64,000 bases of DNA from an uncultured Christensenella sp. (GTDB lineage: Bacteria > Bacillota > Clostridia > Christensenellales > UBA1242). Under the pieces are notes generated by a model. The model searched no databases and had not been told where the DNA came from. It worked only from the letters and a program-made list of their open reading frames with translations. The DNA is taken from positions 227,206 through 291,205 of the forward strand of contig CAZMBC010000001.1 of assembly GCA_964564685.1 (NCBI GenBank). The letters are read 5' to 3'. Below, piece by piece: positions 29,123-37,823 of this stretch. The first letter of the stretch is position 1; each line of letters opens with the position of its first letter. The translations under genes were made by a program, and so were the position numbers.

Positions 29123-29138
29123 TGTTTCACGTGAAACA
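29123..29138. other. Second identical parS site TGTTTCACGTGAAACA (22-bp palindrome 29120-29141), also with terminator geometry after mnmG
   Basis: Identical 22-bp palindrome AAATGTTTCACGTGAAACATTT flanked by A- and T-runs, about 80 nt downstream of the mnmG stop. Confidence 0.8.
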
Positions 29139-29218
29139 TTTTTTATTCTTAAAATTAATTTAACTTACATTCAAACAATAATATCAAAAAGTTTAAAATA
29201 ATGTTTAAATAGATAACT

Positions 29219-31081
29219 TTAATTTTTATTATAAGCTTTCATATAAACAATTAACACACTAATATCTGCAGGACTAACACCGCTTATTCTGCTTGCTTGC
29301 CCGATATTAATTGGTTTTATATTGTTAAGTTTTTGTCGAGCTTCTAATCTTAAGCCTTTAATCTGATTATAATCCATATCTAAAGGCAGTTCCATATTTT
29401 CTTGCTTTAATTGAGAATGAATTTGAACATCCTGTCTATTTAAATATCCCTCATACTTTGCAGATATTTCTACCTGTTTTAGCACTTCGGCATCAAATTT
29501 ACTGAATTCAGGATACAATTGTACAACATCCTTATATGTTACAATCTTTCGCTTTAACGCATTAAACAAACTTATTCCTGTACTTCCAACACTTTCGCCA
29601 CATTTCTCAATATATTTTGCAATAGGGCTTTTAGAATTTTGAATTTTACTCATCATTTGTGTACATTCTTTAATACTAGACATTTTTTGTAAAAATTTTT
29701 CATAATAGTTTTTGTCAATATAACTATACTTTTTGCCAATTTCCGTCAATCTAATGTCAGCATTGTCCTGTCTAAGTAGCAATCTATACTCTGCTCTGCT
29801 AGTCATCATTCTATATGGTTCGGCAGTTCCTTTTGTAACAAGGTCGTCTATTAAAACTCCAATATACGCTTCGTTACGTTTTAATACAAGTTGTTCTTTT
29901 CCTAATACTTTTTGACTTGCATTTATACCTGCAATTATTCCTTGAGCTCCCGCTTCTTCATAACCACTTGTTCCGTTAATTTGACCCGCAAAATACAATC
30001 CGCTATATTGTTTACTTTCCAGTGTTGGGTATAGCTGGCGAGGATCTATGCAGTCATATTCAATAGCATAAGCATCGCGCATTATGTGAGCATTTTCCAA
30101 ACCGATAACCGAATACACCATTTTTTCTTGAATGTCGACAGGCATACTTGTACTAAAGCCTTGCACATAAACCTCTTTAGTAGAAAGGGATTCTGGTTCA
30201 AGGAAAAGTTGATGTTTATCTTTATCTGCAAATCTTACAACTTTTGTTTCGATGCTAGGGCAATATCTTGGACCTTCGCCTTTTATTACTCCCGAATACA
30301 TGGGTGCTTTATCAAGGTTATCAAGAATTATTTTATGTGTTTCTGGCGTAGTATAAGTTAAGTAACAATCGGCCACATTTTGCGGTTTTTCAGTTGTTCT
30401 AAAGGAAAAAGTTTGAATATCATCATCCCCTTTTTGGACTTCGCACTTGTCATAATTTATGCTATCACCATGCAAACGAACAGGAGTTCCTGTTTTAAAC
30501 CTCATTAATTTAAATCCCAAATCTAGCAAGTTTTTTGTTAAATAGGTTGCGTTTGAAAAACCGTTAGGTCCCTCATTTTTAGTATACTCGCCTACAATAA
30601 TTTTACTGTTTAAGTATACACCCGTACATATAACTACTGCCTTACATTCATAAAACTCACCTTGTGCAGTTTTTAACCCAATAACAGTGTTGCCATCAAC
30701 AACAATTTCGCTCGCCTCTCCCTGTTTAATGGATAAATTTGGCTGATTTTCAAGCGTTTCCTTCATTAAAGTATGATATTTAACTTTATCTGTTTGCGCT
30801 CTTAAGCTTTGAACTGCAACACCCTTTGAAGAGTTTAGCATGCGACGCTGAATTGTCGTTTTATCCGCATTTAAACCCATCTGACCTCCAAGCGCGTCAA
30901 TTTCACAAACAAGATGTCCCTTTGCCGTTCCTCCTATACTAGGGTTGCACGCTAAAAAAGCTATGCTATCCAAATTTAAAGTTAGCATTAGCGTATTTAA
31001 GCCTTTTTTAGCAGATATTAAGGCAGCCTCACATCCAGCATGCCCACTGCCCACCACAATTACATCATAATTTTTTTTCAT
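29219..31081 (-). CDS. mnmG: tRNA uridine 5-carboxymethylaminomethyl modification enzyme MnmG (GidA)
   Basis: FAD motif YDVIVVGSGHAGCEAA, 620 aa, conserved throughout. Confidence 0.95.
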   Translation of the reverse strand: MKKNYDVIVVGSGHAGCEAALISAKKGLNTLMLTLNLDSIAFLACNPSIGGTAKGHLVCEIDALGGQMGLNADKTTIQRRMLNSSKGVAVQSLRAQTDKVKYHTLMKETLENQPNLSIKQGEASEIVVDGNTVIGLKTAQGEFYECKAVVICTGVYLNSKIIVGEYTKNEGPNGFSNATYLTKNLLDLGFKLMRFKTGTPVRLHGDSINYDKCEVQKGDDDIQTFSFRTTEKPQNVADCYLTYTTPETHKIILDNLDKAPMYSGVIKGEGPRYCPSIETKVVRFADKDKHQLFLEPESLSTKEVYVQGFSTSMPVDIQEKMVYSVIGLENAHIMRDAYAIEYDCIDPRQLYPTLESKQYSGLYFAGQINGTSGYEEAGAQGIIAGINASQKVLGKEQLVLKRNEAYIGVLIDDLVTKGTAEPYRMMTSRAEYRLLLRQDNADIRLTEIGKKYSYIDKNYYEKFLQKMSSIKECTQMMSKIQNSKSPIAKYIEKCGESVGSTGISLFNALKRKIVTYKDVVQLYPEFSKFDAEVLKQVEISAKYEGYLNRQDVQIHSQLKQENMELPLDMDYNQIKGLRLEARQKLNNIKPINIGQASRISGVSPADISVLIVYMKAYNKN

Positions 31082-31093
31082 GTTATTTTCCGT

Positions 31094-32452
31094 TTATTTT
31101 CCAACACAGAAATTCATAAAGATTGAATTTATAATTTCCTCGTTGTTGCTTTCTCCAGTAATTTCTCCTAGTGTTAACCACAAATTTTTTAGGTCTATAG
31201 AAACTAGTTCTAATTGATTGTTTTGATTAATTGAATCAACTACACTATTAGCGCTTAAAATCGCGCGATGCAAAATATCGACATGACGAGCGTTTGTTAT
31301 TATAACATTTGATTGCATTATGTTGTTATCTATTACGGCATCATAAATTCGTTGTTTAAGCTGTTCTACACCTTGTTTTTTTAACGCGCAAACATTAATA
31401 ATTTTGTTTTTATCAATATTCTTTGGTAAGTTTATTTTACTTTCCAAATCACTTTTATTTACAATAACAAAGTAGTTTTTGTCAGTAATAAGATTTATAA
31501 TGTCAAAATCTAACTCATCTAACTTTTCACTATTATCAAAAACCGCTAAAATTATATCGGCAAACTTCACCGCATTTTTTGCTTTTTCTATGCCAATTTT
31601 TTCTACCTCGTCAGTAGCTTGTCGCACGCCTGCGGTATCTGTTAAAATAAACTTAACACCATTATAAACATATGTTTCCTCTAAAACATCACGCGTTGTG
31701 CCATGTATATTTGTAACAATAGCACGATCGTAGTTTAACAATGCATTCATAATTGATGATTTGCCCACATTCGGTTTTCCCAAAATTAGCACCCTGCAAC
31801 CTTGTTTGATTTGCATTCCTGTTTTTGAAGAGTTTATTAATGTTTGCAGTCGGTCTTTAACGTCATTTATAAGCGCCAATACTTGCGAAGCTGTGGTCTC
31901 TTCGATATCGTTTTCAGGATAATCAAAAGTAACCTCTATAAAGGCAAGCGCATCTGTAATTTGCTTTTGAAGAGCCTTAACTTCTTTAAACAAGTTTCCA
32001 TTTAACAGGTTGTACCCGGCTTTTAGTTCGCTTGTGCTTTCGGCATTAATAACATCCATAACACCCTCTGCCTCGTCTAAACTAATTTTGCCATTCATAA
32101 ATCCGCGTTTTGTAAACTCGCCACCTTGAGCAAGTCTTGCGCCCAAGGACATAACTTTTTCCAATATTAACTGAGAAACAACCACGCCACCATGACACTG
32201 AATTTCAACCAAATCCTCGCCCGTGTATGAATATGGCGCTTTAAAATACACCACCATGCATTTTTCCTGCACATCACCCAGATTTATTGTTCCTAAGTAA
32301 AAATATCTTGGTTGGAATTGCATAACAGGGCATTTTTTGCAAGAAAAAATTTTGGAAACAATGTTTAAAGCATCTATTCCACTAATTCTAACTATTGAAA
32401 TTCCGCCCACGCCAATAGGTGTGGATATTGCTGTAATGGTGTCTTGTTTCAT
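31094..32452 (-). CDS. mnmE: tRNA modification GTPase MnmE (TrmE)
   Basis: G1 GKPNVGKSSIMNALL, DTAGVR, NKSD and the C-terminal CVGK tetrapeptide. Confidence 0.95.
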   Translation of the reverse strand: MKQDTITAISTPIGVGGISIVRISGIDALNIVSKIFSCKKCPVMQFQPRYFYLGTINLGDVQEKCMVVYFKAPYSYTGEDLVEIQCHGGVVVSQLILEKVMSLGARLAQGGEFTKRGFMNGKISLDEAEGVMDVINAESTSELKAGYNLLNGNLFKEVKALQKQITDALAFIEVTFDYPENDIEETTASQVLALINDVKDRLQTLINSSKTGMQIKQGCRVLILGKPNVGKSSIMNALLNYDRAIVTNIHGTTRDVLEETYVYNGVKFILTDTAGVRQATDEVEKIGIEKAKNAVKFADIILAVFDNSEKLDELDFDIINLITDKNYFVIVNKSDLESKINLPKNIDKNKIINVCALKKQGVEQLKQRIYDAVIDNNIMQSNVIITNARHVDILHRAILSANSVVDSINQNNQLELVSIDLKNLWLTLGEITGESNNEEIINSIFMNFCVGK

Positions 32453-32540
32453 AATTCTTCCTTAATAAAATGCTTATATATTATATCATAATCAAACAAA
32501 AAAACAAGGTTACAGCCTTGTTTTTTTATTTTTTACTAAA

Positions 32541-33248
32541 TTAGTCAATATAATCTATAATTAAATAACGATTTGGGTCTACACCCTCGCTGTGAGTGCT
32601 AATATGCTCTACATTTTGCAAACACGAGTGGATGATACGACGCTCGTATCTATTCATAGGCTCAAGCCTCATAGAACGGCGATTTTTAATAACCTTTTGT
32701 GCTAAACGCTCTGCCATATCAACAAGTGTATTTTCGCGTTTATTGCGATAATTTTCAACATCTAAATAAATGCGACGGGCATAGTTTTTAACGCTTTCCT
32801 TAACCACAACATTTAGCAAAAATTGTAAACTTTCCAAACCCTCGCCATGGTGGCCAATAAGACCGCCCATGCCGTCACCGGTTACGATAACATAAATGTC
32901 TTTATCTCGTTCCTCAACAGTTAGGTTATATTCACGACCATAGGTTTTTAAAAAGCCATCCATAAATTTTTGTGCATAGTCCTGTGCCTGCTTGGATGAT
33001 TGCTCGTCATAAGGCAAATTATCGTTGGATTTTTTTACAGGGGAAGCGGATGCAACCTTATTGTTTTTCATAAATTCTTCTTTTTCGGCTTCATCTGCAA
33101 AAACTGTCATTTCGATTTTTGCCTTCGTAAGCATGCTTCCCTGGTTAACCACCTTAACAGAAACATTTTTTTGTTCTGTTCCCAGCATTATTAATCCTTT
33201 TTCAATTGCTTTATCAACTGTAGTTGCTGTAACTTCAATAGTTCTCAT
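32541..33248 (-). CDS. jag: Jag/KhpB RNA-binding protein (Jag_N, KH, R3H)
   Basis: C-terminal R3H block LEPMNRYERRIIHSCL. Position between yidC and mnmE. Confidence 0.85.
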   Translation of the reverse strand: MRTIEVTATTVDKAIEKGLIMLGTEQKNVSVKVVNQGSMLTKAKIEMTVFADEAEKEEFMKNNKVASASPVKKSNDNLPYDEQSSKQAQDYAQKFMDGFLKTYGREYNLTVEERDKDIYVIVTGDGMGGLIGHHGEGLESLQFLLNVVVKESVKNYARRIYLDVENYRNKRENTLVDMAERLAQKVIKNRRSMRLEPMNRYERRIIHSCLQNVEHISTHSEGVDPNRYLIIDYID

Positions 33249-33260
33249 AAATAACTCCTT

Positions 33261-34331
33261 TTATCTACTGTAAGACACCTTTTTAGTTTGTGCTTGTTTT
33301 TTGGCTTTCTTTTCGTCAATTATATCAACCAATAAGGAAACAAAAGGGGAGGTGATAAGAGTAAACAAATTGCCAGTAACAATGTAAATACCAAATGCAG
33401 AGGTATAAAGTAATGTAAACAATCCCATAATAAGCGCCATTATAACAATAGTAACAATGTTGCCGTCAGCGCCTTTAATATACGGAACACCCTTGCGTTT
33501 TGCCCTAAACTTGCGTAACGCGTTTGTAATTAGGGTAGTACCCAACGTAGCCAAGCAGGAAAGTATGGCTAAAATAAAGTAACCATTTGCCCCGCTATAT
33601 TTATCAGATGTAGCAATAGGATTCATGACCACATTGTATTGTGTTTCGCTAATATCCTCGGCAGAAAGCTTAGTTTCTTTTAAAAAGTTTTTGTAACTTA
33701 AGGTTACTTTTGCTGTTGAATCCGGACGCCATATATTTTTAATCCATAAAAATCCGCTTTTTATTTCTCCATACTTTTGAACAACCGCTTCGTTAGCAAG
33801 AGTTAAAGTAACTTCACTTATGCCATTTTCCTCGCTAAAAATAACATCCTCGGATACATCACCCTCTTGTTGCTGGATAGTGGCAACATAAGTGGTTTTT
33901 AGTGTTTCGTATTCTTGTTTAATTTTGTATGCACTCATTCCGCGTAGCGTGCTAAATAAAGTTATAAATACGGTTAGCGTTAAACCCATGTAAACAAGCA
34001 TTCCTGCGCAAGTGCCATACATAGAAACATTGTTCTTTTTATACAACTCCATAGTTTTTTGGTTCAGCAGTTGTTTGTTGTTTCCATAACGCTTGTTTAG
34101 CTTTTCAAGCTCGGGCTGAATAATGGCCTGTTGGCGCATATTTTTTTTGGAAAGATATTTGTTTAAAAAATCAAACGGCAACAATACCAATTTAATCATA
34201 AGCGTAAGCAATATTAATACTACCGCATAGTTTCCAATTCCGCCTTCTAGCCAGTTAATTAGGCTTGCCCAAAGCCCTGTAGGTGCTTTAACTCCATCCA
34301 AAAGCAAGGCAATATTTCCTAAAAAATCCAT
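33261..34331 (-). CDS. yidC: Membrane protein insertase YidC/SpoIIIJ family
   Basis: The block MRQQAIIQPELEKLNKRYGNNKQLLNQKTMELYKKNNVSMYG is the typical YidC C1 region. Multiple TM helices and a basic C-terminus. Conserved context. Confidence 0.85.
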   Translation of the reverse strand: MDFLGNIALLLDGVKAPTGLWASLINWLEGGIGNYAVVLILLTLMIKLVLLPFDFLNKYLSKKNMRQQAIIQPELEKLNKRYGNNKQLLNQKTMELYKKNNVSMYGTCAGMLVYMGLTLTVFITLFSTLRGMSAYKIKQEYETLKTTYVATIQQQEGDVSEDVIFSEENGISEVTLTLANEAVVQKYGEIKSGFLWIKNIWRPDSTAKVTLSYKNFLKETKLSAEDISETQYNVVMNPIATSDKYSGANGYFILAILSCLATLGTTLITNALRKFRAKRKGVPYIKGADGNIVTIVIMALIMGLFTLLYTSAFGIYIVTGNLFTLITSPFVSLLVDIIDEKKAKKQAQTKKVSYSR

Positions 34332-34594
34332 TTTTTGTCTCCTTTAATATTAATTGGAACTAAATCAACTCCGCCCTTATGTTTAGGAGTGCACCTGCAA
34401 AGGCGCTTTAATCCAAGCCACGTTCCTTTAAAAACGCCCCATTGCTTAACTGCCAACAACATATATGCTGAGCATGTGGGGTAGTAGATGCATGTATGTG
34501 GTAAAAAGGGCGAAATAATTAATTTATAAAAATATATTAGCACATATGCCACAAAAGTAATAGGGAAAAACACAACATAAATTACTTTACTCAT
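34319..34594 (-). CDS. yidD: Membrane protein insertion efficiency factor YidD
   Basis: CIYYPTCSAY...CRCTPKHKGGVDLVP is the typical YidD signature. Overlaps both rnpA and yidC. Confidence 0.85.
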   Translation of the reverse strand: MSKVIYVVFFPITFVAYVLIYFYKLIISPFLPHTCIYYPTCSAYMLLAVKQWGVFKGTWLGLKRLCRCTPKHKGGVDLVPINIKGDKKWIF

Positions 34595-34931
34595 TATTTA
34601 ATTTCCCGCTTTTTAGCAAAAGATTAATAACAATGTCTTTTAGTTGGTTATAATCCAAATCACAAATGTCGGGCTTGGCAATAAAAACATAATTAAACTT
34701 TGCGTTAATCTTAGGCATATTTTCCCTAATAATCTCTCTTAATCTGCGCTTTACAAGGTTGCGCTGATGTGCCTTGCCAATTTTTTTACTAACCGAAAAC
34801 CCAAAACGCGGGGTTTTAAGTTTAGTGGGCACTGTTAAAAGATTAATGTATTTGCAAGAAGCTTGTTCGCCCTTGCGATACACAAACGCAAATTCCTTTC
34901 GTTTAGTAAGTCGATTTTCTTTTTTTAACAT
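34587..34931 (-). CDS. rnpA: Ribonuclease P protein component
   Basis: FGFSVSKKIGKAHQRNLVKRRLREI is the RNR motif region. Downstream of rpmH. Confidence 0.85.
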   Translation of the reverse strand: MLKKENRLTKRKEFAFVYRKGEQASCKYINLLTVPTKLKTPRFGFSVSKKIGKAHQRNLVKRRLREIIRENMPKINAKFNYVFIAKPDICDLDYNQLKDIVINLLLKSGKLNNE

Positions 34932-35005
34932 TATATATCCCTAAATTTTGCCAATATACAATTATAGTGCCAAGGCAATTTTGCTGGCACTATAAAAGAA
35001 TTATA

Positions 35006-35140
35006 TTACGCTGTTAATTTTTTTCTTCCACGATTTCTTCTTCTTTGAAGCACATTTCTACCACCTTTGGTTTGCATACGCTTTCTAAATCCGTGTACCT
35101 TTACTCTGTGTCTTTTTTTAGGTTGATAAGTTCTTTTCAT
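35006..35140 (-). CDS. rpmH: 50S ribosomal protein L34
   Basis: Below the ORF-track size cutoff. Manual translation gives [54 protein letters not shown] upstream. Confidence 0.9.
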   Translation of the reverse strand: MKRTYQPKKRHRVKVHGFRKRMQTKGGRNVLQRRRNRGRKKLTA

Positions 35141-35206
35141 CCTGTAATCCCTTCCTTTTAGTATTTTAAACAATTTTGCATGCACAAACTAACTTGGTTA
35201 GAGCAT

Positions 35207-35238
35207 AAAAAATCGCTAATTTAAATAGCTAGCGATTT
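35207..35238 (-). terminator. Putative terminator after the GNAT gene
   Basis: AAATCGCTA (35210-35218) pairs with TAGCGATTT (35230-35238) across an 11-nt loop, with a short T-run on the minus strand. Confidence 0.4.
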
Positions 35239-35296
35239 AATTATATATAAATTATAGCCAATAGTCAACAAAAATTTTTACTTTGAGCACTGATAT

Positions 35297-36253
35297 TTAG
35301 TTTGTTTTACAGTTATTTTCCATCATTAAAGTTTTTTTAGCTTTATTAAGCCATCGTTCTTCTTCAGTTGTTTTATTTTTTATTTCTTTATGCGCTTTGG
35401 CGTCTAAATCTAATTTGCATACCCATTCCATAATCTCTTTACAATTATTATTAACACTTTCGTTAGGGCTTTTGCTTGCATTTGTAAAGTTTAGAATATA
35501 TTTTTCTACGCCTGTGTTTTTGTTGTTAAGATTGTCTTGCATTATTTTTAAAAGCACAGGCATTTCTTTGGTGGTTGATATAAGAGATTTTATACGCCCA
35601 GCAGTTAGGTTATATTGATACAAATTATCATACATTTTATAGTTAACCATATCTTCAACAAACTTATAAACATCTGTAATATTGTTATCAACAATCTCTT
35701 TATGTATTTCATACATAATTTGCGCTAATTGATAGTTGCGCTCATTTAACGGTCTTACCATTGTTGAACACCCAAGCTCTAAGTCCCCAAAGCACAAAAA
35801 CTGATTATTATAATACAGCTGCTTCGCGTCCCATGTATTTACAGATTGTAATATAACATAGGAATAATCGTCTTTAAATTTTTGTTCTATATGATTAAGC
35901 AATGCGGTTGCGTATCCTTTTTTGCGTTCACCTTTAACAACAGCAAGCTCGTTTATTTCAATAAAGTTTGGCAAAACGCTTTGTATACTTGTTTTTAGTT
36001 CAAACAAGCACATCGCGCACGCTTTATTTTTTTCATTATACAAAACCGCAATCCTTTGCCCATTTTTACAAAAAACCTTTTCTTGCATTTTAATAGTGTC
36101 TTGAAATTTTATTTGGTCAATCTCTCCGCCAATATTTAATATCTCCACACACAAAAATTTTAAATAAGCATAAATCTTTTTTTTATTCTCTTTTATATCT
36201 TTAACTGAATAATATTCAATTGCATTGCCGTTTTTAAGCATATATTTTTCCAT
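35297..36253 (-). CDS. GNAT-family N-acetyltransferase with about 150-aa C-terminal extension of unknown function
   Basis: Acetyl-CoA motif A INELAVVKGERKKGYATALLNHIEQKF. Likely start is ATG 36253 (GAGGTG RBS); the track start at 36292 is upstream. Confidence 0.6.
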   Translation of the reverse strand: MEKYMLKNGNAIEYYSVKDIKENKKKIYAYLKFLCVEILNIGGEIDQIKFQDTIKMQEKVFCKNGQRIAVLYNEKNKACAMCLFELKTSIQSVLPNFIEINELAVVKGERKKGYATALLNHIEQKFKDDYSYVILQSVNTWDAKQLYYNNQFLCFGDLELGCSTMVRPLNERNYQLAQIMYEIHKEIVDNNITDVYKFVEDMVNYKMYDNLYQYNLTAGRIKSLISTTKEMPVLLKIMQDNLNNKNTGVEKYILNFTNASKSPNESVNNNCKEIMEWVCKLDLDAKAHKEIKNKTTEEERWLNKAKKTLMMENNCKTN

Positions 36254-36416
36254 ACCAGCACCTCGTTTAAAATATATTATCACATCCAACAATTATTGTA
36301 AATATCCATAAAGAAAACAACTGCTTACTTTTTTACCTATTTTTCTCTATTTTCCGACAATTCGCGTTATTTTTTATTATAAACCAAACCTTAAAAGTGG
36401 TATTTTATATGAAAAA

Positions 36417-36456
36417 ATAAACTATTTATATAATTTTTAATACATAAATAGTTTAT
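36417..36456 (-). terminator. 13-bp perfect inverted repeat downstream of dnaN (weak, all-AT-rich hairpin)
   Basis: ATAAACTATTTAT (36417-36429) and ATAAATAGTTTAT (36444-36456) with a 14-nt loop. Confidence 0.3.
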
Positions 36457-36496
36457 ACACTGGTTTGTATGATAGTTTGATTATCTATAGCTTTTG

Positions 36497-37597
36497 CTAA
36501 ATTATTCTAACTGGCAAAATCAAATACAAAAATTCATCGCCCTCGTTAGGAGTTATTATGCAAGGTGCGATCGTGCTTGTAAAAGAAAGTTTTAAAAACT
36601 CGTTGTTTACAACCCTTAAAGCCTCAGAAAAATATCTCGCATTAAATGCTATAGTTAGGTCGTTTCCATTTAAGGAAATTGTTATATTTTCTTTAATGTC
36701 ACCCAATTCGCTTTTGGAAGATAACACCATAACCTTTTCAGTTATATCAAACTTAACAAGGTTATTTTTATCTATTCTGGAAAGAAGGGAAGCACGCTCT
36801 AACGCGCTTTCTAATTGTTCCTTGCTTAAAATAACACTTGTAGTAAAGTTTGTAGGAATAATTTGGCGATAGTTAATATAGTCACCATCTAGCAAACGCG
36901 TAGTTATTTTAGTGCTATCCAAATCCACCATTAAATGATTGCGCTGAACATAAACCTTAACAGGCACATCTGTATCTTCCAAAAGTTTAGAAATTTCATT
37001 TAAACTACGAGCAGAAACAATAATATTAAAGTCTTTAGTAGAACTCAACACATCCTTTTTAACAAGTGCAAGCCTATAACCATCCAACGCAACAGCAGTT
37101 ACTGTTCCGCCCTGAACTTCTAACTTACATCCTTTTAATATAGGACGACTATCCTCAACTGCTACCGCAAAAATACTTTTAGAAATTAGTGCTTTTAAAT
37201 CCTTTTGCCTTATTTCAAAATAATCAGAATATTCCACCTGCTTAATTTGTGGAAACTCACTAGCGTTAAGGCAAGCAATTTTACCCACGCTATCCGTATA
37301 TTTTATAGAAAGAATATTGTTGTCGTTAAGGTTAAGTTCAATTTGCTCGTTGTTAAGCTTTTTAATATACTCGCTAAACAACTTGCCAGGAACAACTGTT
37401 TCGCCCTCTAATTTAATTTCGCCACGAATAGTCTTTTCAATAGAAAGTTCTAGGTCAGTTGCGCTTAAAGTTAGAGTGCTTTCCTCAGCGGTTAGCTTAA
37501 TACCCTCTAAGATAGGGTTAGTGTTTTTAGTGCTTGTTCCTTTAGACACTTTAAGTAAAGCATCACTTAACTCTAATCCGTCACAAACTAATTTCAT
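36497..37597 (-). CDS. dnaN: DNA polymerase III beta sliding clamp
   Basis: 366 aa. N-terminus MKLVCDGLELSDALLKVSK...NPILEGIKL and three-domain length. Immediately downstream of dnaA. Confidence 0.9.
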   Translation of the reverse strand: MKLVCDGLELSDALLKVSKGTSTKNTNPILEGIKLTAEESTLTLSATDLELSIEKTIRGEIKLEGETVVPGKLFSEYIKKLNNEQIELNLNDNNILSIKYTDSVGKIACLNASEFPQIKQVEYSDYFEIRQKDLKALISKSIFAVAVEDSRPILKGCKLEVQGGTVTAVALDGYRLALVKKDVLSSTKDFNIIVSARSLNEISKLLEDTDVPVKVYVQRNHLMVDLDSTKITTRLLDGDYINYRQIIPTNFTTSVILSKEQLESALERASLLSRIDKNNLVKFDITEKVMVLSSKSELGDIKENITISLNGNDLTIAFNARYFSEALRVVNNEFLKLSFTSTIAPCIITPNEGDEFLYLILPVRII

Positions 37598-37661
37598 TTT
37601 GTTCTCCTTAAATGTAATTTATTTTTAATATTAATTAAATCGTAATAGTATTTATAAAGAA

Positions 37662-37801
37662 TGTGAATATGTGAACAACTTTTTATTTTACAATATCTTG
37701 TATTTTTTTTTGCTGTTTATTTAAAGTTAAGCACTACATATTGATTTTCAAATGTGTATAAACCTGTGAAAAACTTTAAAAACTTGTCCACATCTTCCAC
37801 A
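37662..37801. other. Cluster of DnaA-box-like 9-mers next to an AT-rich tract (candidate oriC module in the dnaA-dnaN spacer)
   Basis: TGTGAATAT 37662-37670, TGTGAACAA 37670-37678, TGTGTATAA 37753-37761, TTGTCCACA 37784-37792 and TCTTCCACA 37793-37801. Each has 1-2 mismatches to TTATCCACA/TGTGGATAA. AT-only tract at 37610-37660. Confidence 0.5.
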
Positions 37802-37823
37802 AAAGGTGTGTTTTTCGCTTTTT

